A stretch of 64,000 nucleotides of DNA from Saprolegnia diclina VS20 (Eukaryota), in NCBI RefSeq assembly GCF_000281045.1, contig NW_008246085.1:603053-667052 (forward strand), given 5' to 3'. The notes beneath the pieces are model-generated. The model saw nothing but the letters and a program-made list of their open reading frames with translations, did no database searches and had not been told where the DNA came from. The position numbers were made by a program, and so were the translations under genes. Positions 22,709 to 33,351 of the stretch are shown one piece after another; the stretch's first letter is position 1; every line of letters begins with the position of its first letter.

Positions 22709-24973
22709 TTACGCCGACGACATGAGCGTGTCCTTTTCGTTCACGAGCGCAGCAAACTGCTTTTGGAGCTCGACTTCCTTGAGCTGGAGCGCGTCGACTT
22801 CGCGCGCGACCTTGACGAGGCGCAGCGGCAAAGCGCTGGCTTCGAGCGCCTGGAGGTTGGCAAAACAGTGGCGATCCCGCTCCGACTGGAGCCACGAGGC
22901 CTGCGTCGTCTGGAGCGCGGACCCGAGCGACGCGCACTTGGCTTCGTACCCGCCGTGGAGGATCTGCGCCTTCTGTTCGAGCTTACTCGCCTTCTTCTGG
23001 AGCTTGGCGTCGATTTCGTGCAGCCGCTTGAACTCGGCCGTGAGCAGACGCACTTGGTGGTCGAGAGGCAAGGTTGCCATCTCCAATACCGAGCGCTCGG
23101 TCGGGTCCCACACGTACGCGTCCTGCAGCGCATGCCAGGTCGTCGCCCCGAGCTCCGCGTCGGCCGGATGCAGCTTGGCCTCGAGTGCGACCTGGCTGCG
23201 CGCGTGGTGGAGTGCCTCGTCGGAGATCTCGGTCAACAGCGGTTTCTTCTTCTTGGACGACTTGGTCGTCTTCTTGCTGCTCCCGTCCGCAATGTCAAAC
23301 GCGAGGAGCGCGCGGAGCTCGTCGGCCGCGGGACCATCCAGCGCCGACAGCGTCGAGCCCTCGGCGTGCAGCGGGCGCGGCAGGTTGCGCTGCACCGCGC
23401 TGGACCGGCGCAGCGCGGCCTTCTCCGCTTCTTTGGCCGCCGCCGCCGCCAAGCGGGCCTCACGCTCGCTGGCATCCTCGGTAAAGTTCTCAGCGTGTTC
23501 CTTGTCGTCGACGACGTCGGGCATCGCAAGCTCGTACTCGTTCTCGGCCGACGGCAGCTTGGCAAAACCCATCTTGAGCTCCTGGGCGAGACCGCGACTG
23601 CGCGCCTTCTCCGCTTTGCGCGACGCGTCGAGGCCGAGAAGCGGCTCGGCGTTGATGCCGAGCTGGTCGCGCATTGGCGTCCGAAGCGACGACTGCGGCG
23701 TCCGGAGGGCCGACGCGAGCGGCGTCGCCTTGATGAGGTTGCTGCGGGGCGTGATGCCGCCGTAGCCTGTACCCGCTTGCAGCTCGACGTTCTCGCCACC
23801 CATGAGCGGCGTCTGCGCACGCGCCAAGGCGGCCTGGTTCGCCGCTTCTTGGAGCAGCGCTTCGCGGGAGGAGCTCGCCGCCGTCGCACGCGCGGGCGTA
23901 GCATGCTGCTGCGGCGTCATCTCGTAGTTGGTCAAGAGCGCCTGAGTCGACTGCGCGTGTTCGAGTGCGAGCATTTGCGCATGGGCAATGTCCTCCGCCC
24001 CTTGCTTGGCCAGCGCCGAGAGCTCGTCGTTCGAGACCATTGGCGCCGGAAGCTCGAGCGGCTTGCGCTTGATCATCGTGCTCGGGTCGTTGAGCGCGTT
24101 CATGGCCGCGATCTGCTGGGGCAGCGACGTCGTGAGCAGCTTCTTTTGACGACGAGCATCCATGCGGCGGTTCTTCTTCTCCTCCGCGTCGCGACGAACA
24201 CCCTCGAGCTTGTCGAGGTACAGCGCCGCTGCCTTCGGATCCAGCGCACCGCCGGCCGTGGCCTTCTCCGTGCTCACGTCGTAAAAGCCGACGGGCGCCT
24301 TCTTCTCGAACGGAATCTCCTTGACGTAGTCGATGTACGTCTTGCGCCGCTTGACCTTGAAGACCGTGCCTGTCTCGCGGCTCCGGTCAAAGTTGATCCC
24401 CGCAGCCTTCAGCTCGCGCCGCTTTTGCATCGAAGCGAGGCGCTTCGCTTCCTGCAGCTGCTTTTCGCGGGCCTTGCGCTTCGCCTTCTTGCCCTTCGTG
24501 TTGGCCAGACGTGCGCGGGCCTCCGAGAGCATCTCCTTCTCGTCTTCATCCATGTCGATGGGATCGGGGCGCGCCGGCTTGTTCTCCGGGTTCGGGTCGA
24601 TCTCGCCAGGACGCAGCCGGCGCGGGTCGTCCGCGTTCTCCGTGTCCTTGGACTGCGCAGCATCGAGGAGCTTCTCGTAGTGCTCCATGCACTGGGCAGC
24701 CGTCCGGCCGACGATCGGAGCGATCGTGCGCCACTGCGATGGCATGAGCTTGGCTAGGTGCAGCAGCTTCTCCTCTTCCTCGCGGCTCCACTCGGTCTTC
24801 TTGATGCTCGGATCCAGCCATTCGTACCAGCGCGCCTTGCACTGCTTGGCCGACTTGCGCGCCAGGAGCGACGCGACGCGGGCCCACTGGTTCTTGCCGT
24901 ACTTCATGACCGCGGCCTTGAGGATCTCATCCTCCGTGTTCTTCCACACGCCCCCCTTGATCATGACCCGCAT
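22709..24973 (-). CDS. CDC5L: CDC5L/Cef1 Myb-domain splicing factor
   Basis: MRVMIKGGVWKNTEDEILKAAVMKYGKNQWARVASLL...WYEWLDPSIKKTEWSREEEEKLLHLAK and RLANTKGKKAKRKARE. Intronless. Confidence 0.98.
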   Translation of the reverse strand: MRVMIKGGVWKNTEDEILKAAVMKYGKNQWARVASLLARKSAKQCKARWYEWLDPSIKKTEWSREEEEKLLHLAKLMPSQWRTIAPIVGRTAAQCMEHYEKLLDAAQSKDTENADDPRRLRPGEIDPNPENKPARPDPIDMDEDEKEMLSEARARLANTKGKKAKRKAREKQLQEAKRLASMQKRRELKAAGINFDRSRETGTVFKVKRRKTYIDYVKEIPFEKKAPVGFYDVSTEKATAGGALDPKAAALYLDKLEGVRRDAEEKKNRRMDARRQKKLLTTSLPQQIAAMNALNDPSTMIKRKPLELPAPMVSNDELSALAKQGAEDIAHAQMLALEHAQSTQALLTNYEMTPQQHATPARATAASSSREALLQEAANQAALARAQTPLMGGENVELQAGTGYGGITPRSNLIKATPLASALRTPQSSLRTPMRDQLGINAEPLLGLDASRKAEKARSRGLAQELKMGFAKLPSAENEYELAMPDVVDDKEHAENFTEDASEREARLAAAAAKEAEKAALRRSSAVQRNLPRPLHAEGSTLSALDGPAADELRALLAFDIADGSSKKTTKSSKKKKPLLTEISDEALHHARSQVALEAKLHPADAELGATTWHALQDAYVWDPTERSVLEMATLPLDHQVRLLTAEFKRLHEIDAKLQKKASKLEQKAQILHGGYEAKCASLGSALQTTQASWLQSERDRHCFANLQALEASALPLRLVKVAREVDALQLKEVELQKQFAALVNEKDTLMSSA

Positions 24974-25339
24974 GGTTGCTTCCTTGGCGTCCTGGAACCG
25001 CTCGTCCCAGAATGTGGCAATATGAAACAAGGATTTTGCCGAAATATAGGGCCAGGGCCGAAATCTAATTGCACGCACCCTTAACGAGCTGCCCATTCCA
25101 GACTGGAAACGGCTCAGCCTGCGAGGGCGCTAGCTATAAAGAAGCGTAGGGGCGAGGTGCTTTAACCTACCTACCCCACGAGCGCTACCGGGCCATGCCT
25201 CACTTGCATTCATCTACCAGCAAAAGGCGAATGCCAATGCATTCGAGGCATTGTCCTAAACAGGATCTTCTTAACGGCTAGCCGTTCATCTTCCAGAGTA
25301 GCCGACCGGTTTGGATCTCGGTTGGAGGCAATTTTGAAC

Positions 25340-26589
25340 ATGCGCTTTGCCTGCCCGGATCCGGCCTGCGGGATCGGCACGAGCGTTCCTCCGGCCGCCG
25401 ATGTTCCTGCAGAACTGCGCACGCATGGGCTCGAGTACGCAGTCCAATGGTTCGTGCTTCTGATTCGCATCGCCGATGCCAGCTTATGTCGTTGCTAGCC
25501 TCGGCTGCCTCAGCTTCGCATTCCCGTGCGACGCCTGCCACAAACTGTCGCCGATCAAGCATGGCCGCGCGGGACTGCTCGTGTGTGGCCACTGTGGCTT
25601 CATGGAGGTGCTCGAGGAGTCTGTTCGGAAGGCGCTTCAGCTGCCGCCGTTGCCGATCGAGGTAGCCTGCAACATCTTCGGCGCCAATACTGGAAAGGCG
25701 TAGGACGCACTGCGCAACGAAGTCGTGCACATTCGAGCCGTACAAGAGCAGCTCGCCGCCGCCAACACGCGTGCGTCTTCATGTCATGCTTGACAAACCA
25801 CCACTCTCAACGACCATAGCGTCTCAAATCGGCTCGACGCCAACGCTTCGAGCCAAGGTATCGGAGCTCCGAGGGTCGTGGATGGCTGTACTGCAGCAGC
25901 CGACGCAGAACGCCAACAGCGTCACGTGCAGCCTCACGGTATGACAATATGGAGGCGCCTGCTGGTTGGTAAACACGCGTATGTAGATGCTCAAGCTCTT
26001 GCCGTCGACGGCCGAGGCAACGCCGGTAGACGCTGCCGAACTCGTAAGCGTCTCAGCATGCTCTAGGACGACCAAGAGTGGATGGCATCGACCATCGAGT
26101 CGTTTTACCAGCAGCGGCCGCAGCTGATCCAGCTACGAGATGCATCGACGCAGTCGCTCGAGCTCGAGGCGCAGCTCGTGGCCAAGGTTCGATTGCTTGT
26201 ACGATGGCTACCGCACACTACCACTGTAGAAGGCGCTAAGTGCTGCGGCGCTGAGCCACTTGCGGCGCTACGAGCCGTCCCAGTCGCAGCAATTTGAGGC
26301 GCTGACGTCGCCTTTCTGGGCACTCGTGGGGAAGGCCAACGCCCAGTTGCGGCGCCTCGTTGCCACCGCCCGCGACCTTGAGAGCGCCTCCGCAGACCCG
26401 TCCTCGACAACGAGCAGTGCTCCGAGTACGGCCGCAACGTGGGCCAACCCCCGTAGTCGGCGGCGCGCCCGTTCGGTGGCCGCTGCCGTGTCGCCCCACG
26501 ACCTCCGCCTCCGTGTGCTCGCCGAAGAGTTCCAACTCTGGCGTCACATCTGCCGTGAAATTGCTAGCGTCTGTTGCTCCGAGCAGTAG
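25340..26589 (+). CDS. Hypothetical multi-exon protein with an N-terminal 8-Cys double zinc-ribbon-like region
   Basis: Splicing 25450-25498 gives MRFACPDPAC...QCLGC...PCDAC...VCGHCG. Further short introns lead to a helical C-terminus ending at TAG 26589. Confidence 0.6.
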
Positions 26590-26609
26590 TTAGTCGATTA
26601 GTCAAGGTA

Positions 26610-27310
26610 CTAGCTGTTGAAGATACGCGTGTAAAGCTGATCGTGGCGGCCTTGGACTAAGTCCAGGTACGGCGCCGACTGGTACGCGTCGTCCACAGGC
26701 CGGTCCTTCCGCGTCTGTAGAACGGTCTCGGCCACTTCGGCGAGCTGCATCTGGAGCTTCGCGCTCTCGATGGGCCCCACGAGGTTTAGCCGCGTCGCTG
26801 CGCTCAGAATGTCTCGCAGCGTAAAGAAGAGAAGGAGCCGCTGGCTCGCGAGACTGTCGAGGCCCAGCGCACCGCAGAGCGTACCAAGCACGACCACGTG
26901 GTGGCCCACCGGGCGCGTCTGCTTGATCGCGCGAAGCACGGGGAGGTGCGAGTACGTCTGCGTCGCCACGCGCAGCAGCGCGGTGCCTTGTGCGATGGAC
27001 GCTCGGCGCGCGACGTGGTTGGTCGTCATGGCATGCGCGAGCGCATCGAGGCGCGCAAAGTTCTCGACACAGGGGTTCGCGTGGGCCTCGCAGAGGAACG
27101 GAAGTAGGAGGTTCCCGGTTTGGTACAGCGCCGAGACGACGAACTGACGCAGCGTCGTCGTGTTGGTCACGATCTTCTCCTGCACCGCGCTCTCAAGGCC
27201 CTACGTGAGCCATAGCATCATTCCGCTCGCTCCTAAGCGCCTACGAGCGAGTGGGCAAAGCCGCCCGTCGGGTACAGCGAGTCCACGAGCTGCCACGTAT
27301 GCCACTCCAT
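26610..27310 (-). CDS. ureF: Urease accessory protein UreF
   Basis: MEWHTWQLVDSLYPTGGFAHSL-GLESA (44 nt intron 27201-27244), RRASIAQGTALLR, RDILSAATRLNLVGP, C-terminus HDQLYTRIFNS. Confidence 0.96.
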
Positions 27311-28095
27311 CGTACTGCCGGCGTCGATCGAGGGAACATCGCCTGACGCTATATTATCCGGACAACAATATCCGGATATTACTGGTATCCGGAAAGAAAG
27401 TCCAGCATTGCTGCAGCTGGACCGACAAAGCTGCTGGCAACGCAGCGCAGTTGCGCGCGTGCAATCTGTCGTTCTGATCGCGACGCCGTCGGCCGCGGCG
27501 TCCATACCTGGTGTCGGTAGACATCGCACCAAGCGGCTTGTCGTGCAGATATGGACGCGACATGACCACAACGTATGGCTATCAGCCGCCGAGCGGCGCC
27601 AGTCCGCCGAGTCCCACGCTTTGGCTACTTCGCTTCCGCGACCGTGTTCTCTTGGAGTGCAACCCGCGCAACATCTCAGACCAAGCTGATTCAACTGGTG
27701 GTCCGTTTGGATCGTTTGGATAGTACGATGGATAGTACGATGGATAGTTGTGGCGTGCGTCGTTGACCTTGCCGAGGAGGCCAGCCCGCCCTTTACCGAC
27801 GCCATGGCGCGCTCCAATCGGAGCGTCCGTCGAGCCAGCACGTGGCTTGACGTCCAATTGGCACTTGAAGTGCGCGCGCTTCCACGCGCATTGCTGGTCG
27901 GTCGCATACAAAGACCAAGTGCAAGCGTAAGCAACAGCTGCGTGAGTTCCAAGGTAGTGTAATAAATTGCCAGTTCATCGAAAGAATGTATTCGGAGCCG
28001 CCAAATAAATTAAAATGCTACGAGTGCGACCAAAGCCCGATTCCGAAACTTGGATCGAGCATGGGATTCCGCGATCTCGCCTGTAGCGCGCAAGC

Positions 28096-29070
28096 ATGGA
28101 CGGCTACAAGTACCTGCTCGCCAAGATGAAGGCGAGCCGCGGCAACCAAAGCCGGCTAGGCAGCTTCGCCTCCGTCGGCTGCGCGTCCTACGACTTCCAC
28201 GGCGACGACGCGGTCGGCTACGGGCCCAACTACATGGTGGTCGCAGACGGCGTCTCGGGCACGCAGAAGGCCTCGGGCGTCCTCGCCCGCCTGCTCGTCG
28301 CCGAGACGTTGAATGGTCTCGAGAAGCTCCGCCGGCGAGCGCTCGAGGAGCCTATCAAGACGACGGACTTTCGGAACCAAATGGCGCTGGCGATCCAGGA
28401 AGCTCGCCACATGACGCGGCGCAAAGGTCGGTTCGACTCGGCGCTCACGGCCGTGTACCTCGACGCATCCACGAGCCAGCTCTTCGTCTTCAACATTGGC
28501 GACTGCAAGTGCGTGCTTGTCCGGAACGGCGCTGTCGTCTTTGAAAGCGACGCGATCATCTACGATTTCAACGTGCCGGCCGTCGTCTCGACGCACAACG
28601 ACATCCATTACCCGAGCGAGTCGGTCGAGCTGCAGGTCGCGACCTACATGCCGGGCGACATTTGCATGGTCTTCTCAGACGGCGTCCACGACAACTTGTA
28701 CGTCGACCAAGTCCTCCGCGCGATTGCCGCCCACCCCGCGCATGGCACCGACATTGCGCGAGCAACGGTCCGTGCATGCCGAGATACGTTCGCCGGCAGC
28801 ACCGACTTTATCCCGTTTGCTGTTGCGGCTGCCGGCTTTTGCGCGACGGCCATGGAGGAGATGAAGACGAACGACGCCATCTCGGCCGAGGACTTTGACG
28901 CGTTTGAGAAGAAGTGCGCGGGTCTCCCGGGCCTGGACCGGCCGATCTTTGGGAAAGAAAAACGCGTCAAGAACCTCGCCTTCTACTCGGCATCGAACCT
29001 GCTCACGTTTGCGGGCAAGAAGCTCGGGAAGAAGGACGACATCTCCGTGTGCTGTGGCATCATCGCCTAA
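28096..29070 (+). CDS. PP2C-family phosphatase (PPTC7/Ptc7-like)
   Basis: GDDA, VVADGVSG, FNIGDC, FSDGVHDNL and KDDISV metal-binding motifs. Intronless. Confidence 0.88.
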   Translation: MDGYKYLLAKMKASRGNQSRLGSFASVGCASYDFHGDDAVGYGPNYMVVADGVSGTQKASGVLARLLVAETLNGLEKLRRRALEEPIKTTDFRNQMALAIQEARHMTRRKGRFDSALTAVYLDASTSQLFVFNIGDCKCVLVRNGAVVFESDAIIYDFNVPAVVSTHNDIHYPSESVELQVATYMPGDICMVFSDGVHDNLYVDQVLRAIAAHPAHGTDIARATVRACRDTFAGSTDFIPFAVAAAGFCATAMEEMKTNDAISAEDFDAFEKKCAGLPGLDRPIFGKEKRVKNLAFYSASNLLTFAGKKLGKKDDISVCCGIIA

Positions 29071-29883
29071 CCCTCCCGGTCGTTTCGCAGTTAGTTTTCT
29101 TCCTTGTCCCCATGTCCGTACTAGTATACTACCACAAATAGTCCTAAGTATATATTAAGCTAAAATATTTCCTTGCTACTCGATGTCGCATGCAGAACTT
29201 GGGCTGTTGACGCGACGTCCAAGCTTCTCGTGCAGCTCGCTTCTTCCGTCGAGACGGCTCGGTGTGTCGCTACCAAGCCACGCCAGCCTCTGGGGCTCCT
29301 CAAGGACGAGCGATTGTCAAGCCTACCCTCCAACCCTCCAGCACTTGCGGGATCAGAGGGCTGTGTGCAACGAGTACTATATGGTCAGACGTGCGCGCGT
29401 GCAGCGCCACGTCATTTGAAGTTTCTCGGCCAAGAAAATCCTCCTTCCGCGTCTCGCGAAGGGTTCCTACCATGCAGGACGCGTCAGCTAGATGTCGGCA
29501 GCCGCGCTGGGATAAGGACCAGGTGGGATCCTCCCCGTCGGTGGTCCCACTCTGACCACCCAATGGAGGTGCGAGCGTCCACCGCGCAGAGCTGCGGAGC
29601 GAGGTGCTGAGCGGCAGCGAAGACATGAAACGCTGTGGGTTCTAGATTTGCCGACGCAATTGCGGCGCAGTTTTGGCGGATTCACTGACCATCTGTATAG
29701 AAGCGACGCGATTTGAGTCGGTCGCCGAGTGGGATCGCTCGCATGACAAGCGTCGCATTAATAAAACCGGAATTTTGCGGCGATTCAAATTTTATAGCCC
29801 GGCGCCCGCTGTCTTAGAACACGCAGCTGGGCCTTTTTTTTTACTTCTTGTCGTCAGAGCTAGAAAAGAAGCGTTGGGCAGAT

Positions 29884-32745
29884 ATGTCGTCGTCGTCGTC
29901 GTCCTTGTCGAAGCGCAGCGTGTCCATGTCGGAGCCGCCCGTGAACCGCCGCCAGCGCTCGCGGGACATGCGCTCGCTCGACGCGGCGGCGGCCGAGCTG
30001 CACTCGAACCAGGCGCCGAGCCCGGCCAAGATCGACTTTGAGTCGATCACGTTCTTCCTCTCGGTGAGCGACCTGAACCTCCAAGCGCCGGCGAGCGCCA
30101 CCGACAGCCTTCTCCGCGGCGCCATGAGCTTCTTCCACAAGGCGCCGGCGCCGACGAAGACGGTCGTGCCCGAATCCTTGGTCCACATTGACCTGCAGAG
30201 CCGCCTCCGCGACACGATTCCGTTCCAGACGGAGAAGATCCGCAGCCGGAACCCCAACTTCTCGCTCGGCATCTCCGTGCCCATCACTGCACAGGAGGTC
30301 AAGGCACAGGTTCTCTGCTTCAGCATTGTCTTGACCGAGGAGGGCGGCGGCAAGACGGTGGCATATGCCGAGCTGCCCATGAAGGACCTCGTGCGCAAGT
30401 ACCTGCACAACGCATCGAACCTGCATTTGCAGCTCAAGGTTCTCTCACACATCCACACGGCGCCGACACAAACGACGTCGGCCCGCGGCGCCAAGCCCGG
30501 CGGGTTCCTCACACTCAAGCTCGCCCGCGTCGCGCGGCAGGCGCACCCGCTCCTCACAACCCAAGACACGATGATGCGCAGCTACGCGTTCTACAACGGC
30601 GAGTACTCGACGCCGATGATGGCGACGGAAGAAGTCGCGGAAGTCGACCTCTACACAAAGGTGCCCAAGCTCTTCATGCACCACATGCTGCTCGAGTGGC
30701 GCACGCGGCTGAGCCAGTGGCAGCAGCACGAGATCCCGACCTCGGACCTCTTCCAGAGCAGCGACCCGGCCATCGACCGCGTCTTTCGCGAGATGGTCAC
30801 GCTGCGCGCGCCGTCGTCGATGCTCTCGGAGGACTTTGTCGAGGACTACCTCGCCGAAGTCTCCAAGCAGGTCGACATGATCAAGGACATGGCGGTGCTG
30901 GCCGAGCTCCTCGAGGAGAACCACGTCATGTTCAAGCCGAGCTCGACCAAGGAGAAGGTCGAGAGCCTCGCGATGGTGACCAACCTCCACCTCTCGTACT
31001 TCAAGCTCTACTGCGGCGACCAGCCGTTCTTACGGCTGCGGTCGCAGTCGATGGATTTTTCCGGTGGCGACGCCTTCGACAAGCAGCGCACGTGGTCGGG
31101 CGACTTGGACTCGCGCATCTCGGTCGCGACCTTGCCGACACCGACGACGGCGGACAAGGGCAAGCACCGCCGCGCGTTCCGGTCCAACTCGATCGACCAC
31201 AGCATCGCCGAGCAAGAGCCGGCGTTCGTGCCCCGCGAGCGCAGCGGGTCGATCGACTTTGAGACGCCGGAAGCCATCAAGGCGACGTTCGAGATCGACA
31301 CGCTCGCGTCGATCCTCACGTGTGCGATCCCGTCGGCCGAGGCGCTCGACGTCGACTGCCACGGGCTCATGGATATGGAAGAGGCGCTCGTGGAGCTCGC
31401 TCTGCAGATCAAGTCGGCGCCCACCCAGCCCGCGACGCCCAACAAGCACCGGATACCGACGCCGGTCAAGAAGAGCGCGCAGCCGAGCCCGCGGCCGCCG
31501 CACCACCAGCACACGCCGCTGTCCAATCAAGACGACGACACGCGCTCGAGCTCGCACGGCTCGTCGTCCAACAGCACGGACGACGGGATGGAGACGCTGA
31601 CGCGGTCGGCGCGGCGCATGAACACGTTTACTAACCTCGTGGGCGAAAAGGTCAAGCGCACCATGTCGTCGGCCAAGATTCGGTCCGACTCGATGGACTG
31701 GGTCATCAAGCAGACAACGGGCGTCAAGGCCATCGAGCCGCCCTCGATCGCGTCGCTGTGGCAGCAGTGGGAGATGCTCAAGCTCCGGTACCTCTTCCGG
31801 AAGAGCGTGTGCATTTCGCAGAGCCTCACGGTGCTCCTCACGGCGTTTCTGACCAAGCTCGAGACGGCCGACAGCGACGACATGGAGCAGCTCGTGCGCG
31901 TCGGCCTTCTCGTCGGCTGGGAGAGCCTCTGCTACCCGGCGGGGAAGGAGTACAAAATGCTCTCGGACGCCTTTGTCGCCATCAAGTTTCTCGAGCATTT
32001 TGAACTGACGATCGCGTGCGCGCCGGAGAAGCCGTTTAGCCTCTCGGTCGTACACGGCCGGTTCCGCGTTGCCGTCGGCGTGCCCGCGGCCCACTTTGCG
32101 TCGCTCGACCATCGGCTCCAGGGCGGCCACGTGATCAAGGTCTCGAGCGTCCTCTTCACGCAGGGCATCAACGAGATGCAGTCGCTGGCCACCATGGTCG
32201 GGTCCGCCGCCGGCCTCACGCTGCAAGCGCGCGTGAACCGCGAGAGCTTTCAGTCGCTGCAGCAGTACCACCGCGCGTTCCTCGAGATGCAAAAGGAGCT
32301 CAACGTGTCGATGCGCTTCCGGCTCAACAACGACACGATGCTCGACGCGCTCATGCCGCTCGTGGGCCGGAACGCGAGCAAGGTCAAGGCGCCGTCGCAC
32401 ACGTGGATGCTGCTAGAAGCTTCGGACATTACGCGGCGCCTCAACGGTGTGCGCGTCACGTGCTGCTCGACGGGCGCGGACCGCGCGGCCATGTCGGCGA
32501 CGCTGGAGCAGGCGCGAATCCTCTACTCGAAGCGGTCGGCCAACACGAACGCGAGCAACGAAGACAACGAGCTGCTCAAAGCGCGCGCCAACACGATGCG
32601 CGAGTACGGCGTGCGGATCGCCGTCGCCATGAAGAACTCGGGTCGCTACGAGTACGCCTTCAACTCGATCCAGCGAAAGCTCCTCCCCGAGCTCTACCGA
32701 CCGCCCGTCGCAACGATCCAGGACATGGCCTCGTCCCTCTTTTAA
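29884..32745 (+). CDS. Inositol polyphosphate 4-phosphatase (INPP4)-like protein
   Basis: N-terminal C2-like QTEKIRSRNPNF, FKPSSTK...MVTNLHL, SQSLTVL, VLFTQGINEMQSLA, LNGVRVTCCSTGADRAAMSATLEQ, MREYGVR...KN...YAFNSIQRKLLPELYRPP. Confidence 0.9.
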   Translation: MSSSSSSLSKRSVSMSEPPVNRRQRSRDMRSLDAAAAELHSNQAPSPAKIDFESITFFLSVSDLNLQAPASATDSLLRGAMSFFHKAPAPTKTVVPESLVHIDLQSRLRDTIPFQTEKIRSRNPNFSLGISVPITAQEVKAQVLCFSIVLTEEGGGKTVAYAELPMKDLVRKYLHNASNLHLQLKVLSHIHTAPTQTTSARGAKPGGFLTLKLARVARQAHPLLTTQDTMMRSYAFYNGEYSTPMMATEEVAEVDLYTKVPKLFMHHMLLEWRTRLSQWQQHEIPTSDLFQSSDPAIDRVFREMVTLRAPSSMLSEDFVEDYLAEVSKQVDMIKDMAVLAELLEENHVMFKPSSTKEKVESLAMVTNLHLSYFKLYCGDQPFLRLRSQSMDFSGGDAFDKQRTWSGDLDSRISVATLPTPTTADKGKHRRAFRSNSIDHSIAEQEPAFVPRERSGSIDFETPEAIKATFEIDTLASILTCAIPSAEALDVDCHGLMDMEEALVELALQIKSAPTQPATPNKHRIPTPVKKSAQPSPRPPHHQHTPLSNQDDDTRSSSHGSSSNSTDDGMETLTRSARRMNTFTNLVGEKVKRTMSSAKIRSDSMDWVIKQTTGVKAIEPPSIASLWQQWEMLKLRYLFRKSVCISQSLTVLLTAFLTKLETADSDDMEQLVRVGLLVGWESLCYPAGKEYKMLSDAFVAIKFLEHFELTIACAPEKPFSLSVVHGRFRVAVGVPAAHFASLDHRLQGGHVIKVSSVLFTQGINEMQSLATMVGSAAGLTLQARVNRESFQSLQQYHRAFLEMQKELNVSMRFRLNNDTMLDALMPLVGRNASKVKAPSHTWMLLEASDITRRLNGVRVTCCSTGADRAAMSATLEQARILYSKRSANTNASNEDNELLKARANTMREYGVRIAVAMKNSGRYEYAFNSIQRKLLPELYRPPVATIQDMASSLF

Positions 32746-33351
32746 GACTTATATAAATCTAATACTATTGGGCATAAGACTCGTAGAAGATGCAGCGACT
32801 TGCAGCAGCAAACCCCGTTCGGGTGCAGTACCGGGACCAGTCTACACGGCAGGGCGGTGTAATGCTGCCACGTTGGGCACCGGGCTGGTCGCCGCAGCCG
32901 CGCCGGTACATGGACGCTGCTTGCACCAACGGCACGGTCATGAAGCTCAAGAATGCGCGCGCCAATTGCTTGATGTCATCGCCATCGGGCGTGTCTTCCA
33001 TCCTGGCGGCCGTGTCAACGTTGGCGGTGCAGCTCGGCTCAACGAGCCAGCATCGACCGTCTTGCACTAAGAAACGCTAGAGCTATCATTGCATGCAGCA
33101 CCTTCATTGTAGAAGAAGGCTACTTGTCCATGGACCTTGCAGCGCAGCGACTTCGCAGAGCTACGGTCATCGTCCACCACAGCATTACGGCCAGCGTCGT
33201 CCTTCCGCAGCGCAGCTGATCAACGATGCATCGTTTCCGGATGGTCGGATACGAGTCCTAGTTGCGTGCGATAGGCTGGCCGAAATTCATGGGATATGTC
33301 CTGTTTTTGTCGCTTATTTCGGGCAGCCGATGAAACCAGGACACTTGCGCG

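Noticed and set aside
27582..27911. Possible Tc1/IS630 DDE remnant (PPVESAWSEM) with short tandem repeats at 27704-27748
   Set aside because: Only a few residues resemble the NPIExxW motif. No TIRs or other catalytic motifs. The repeats have no spacers, so this is not a CRISPR array.
29173..29690. Short ORFs upstream of the INPP4-like gene
   Set aside because: They lack the codon bias and motifs of the true genes. Treated as intergenic.
32765..33250. ~100 aa ORFs on both strands between INPP4 and ODR4
   Set aside because: No recognisable motif or consistent exon chain.
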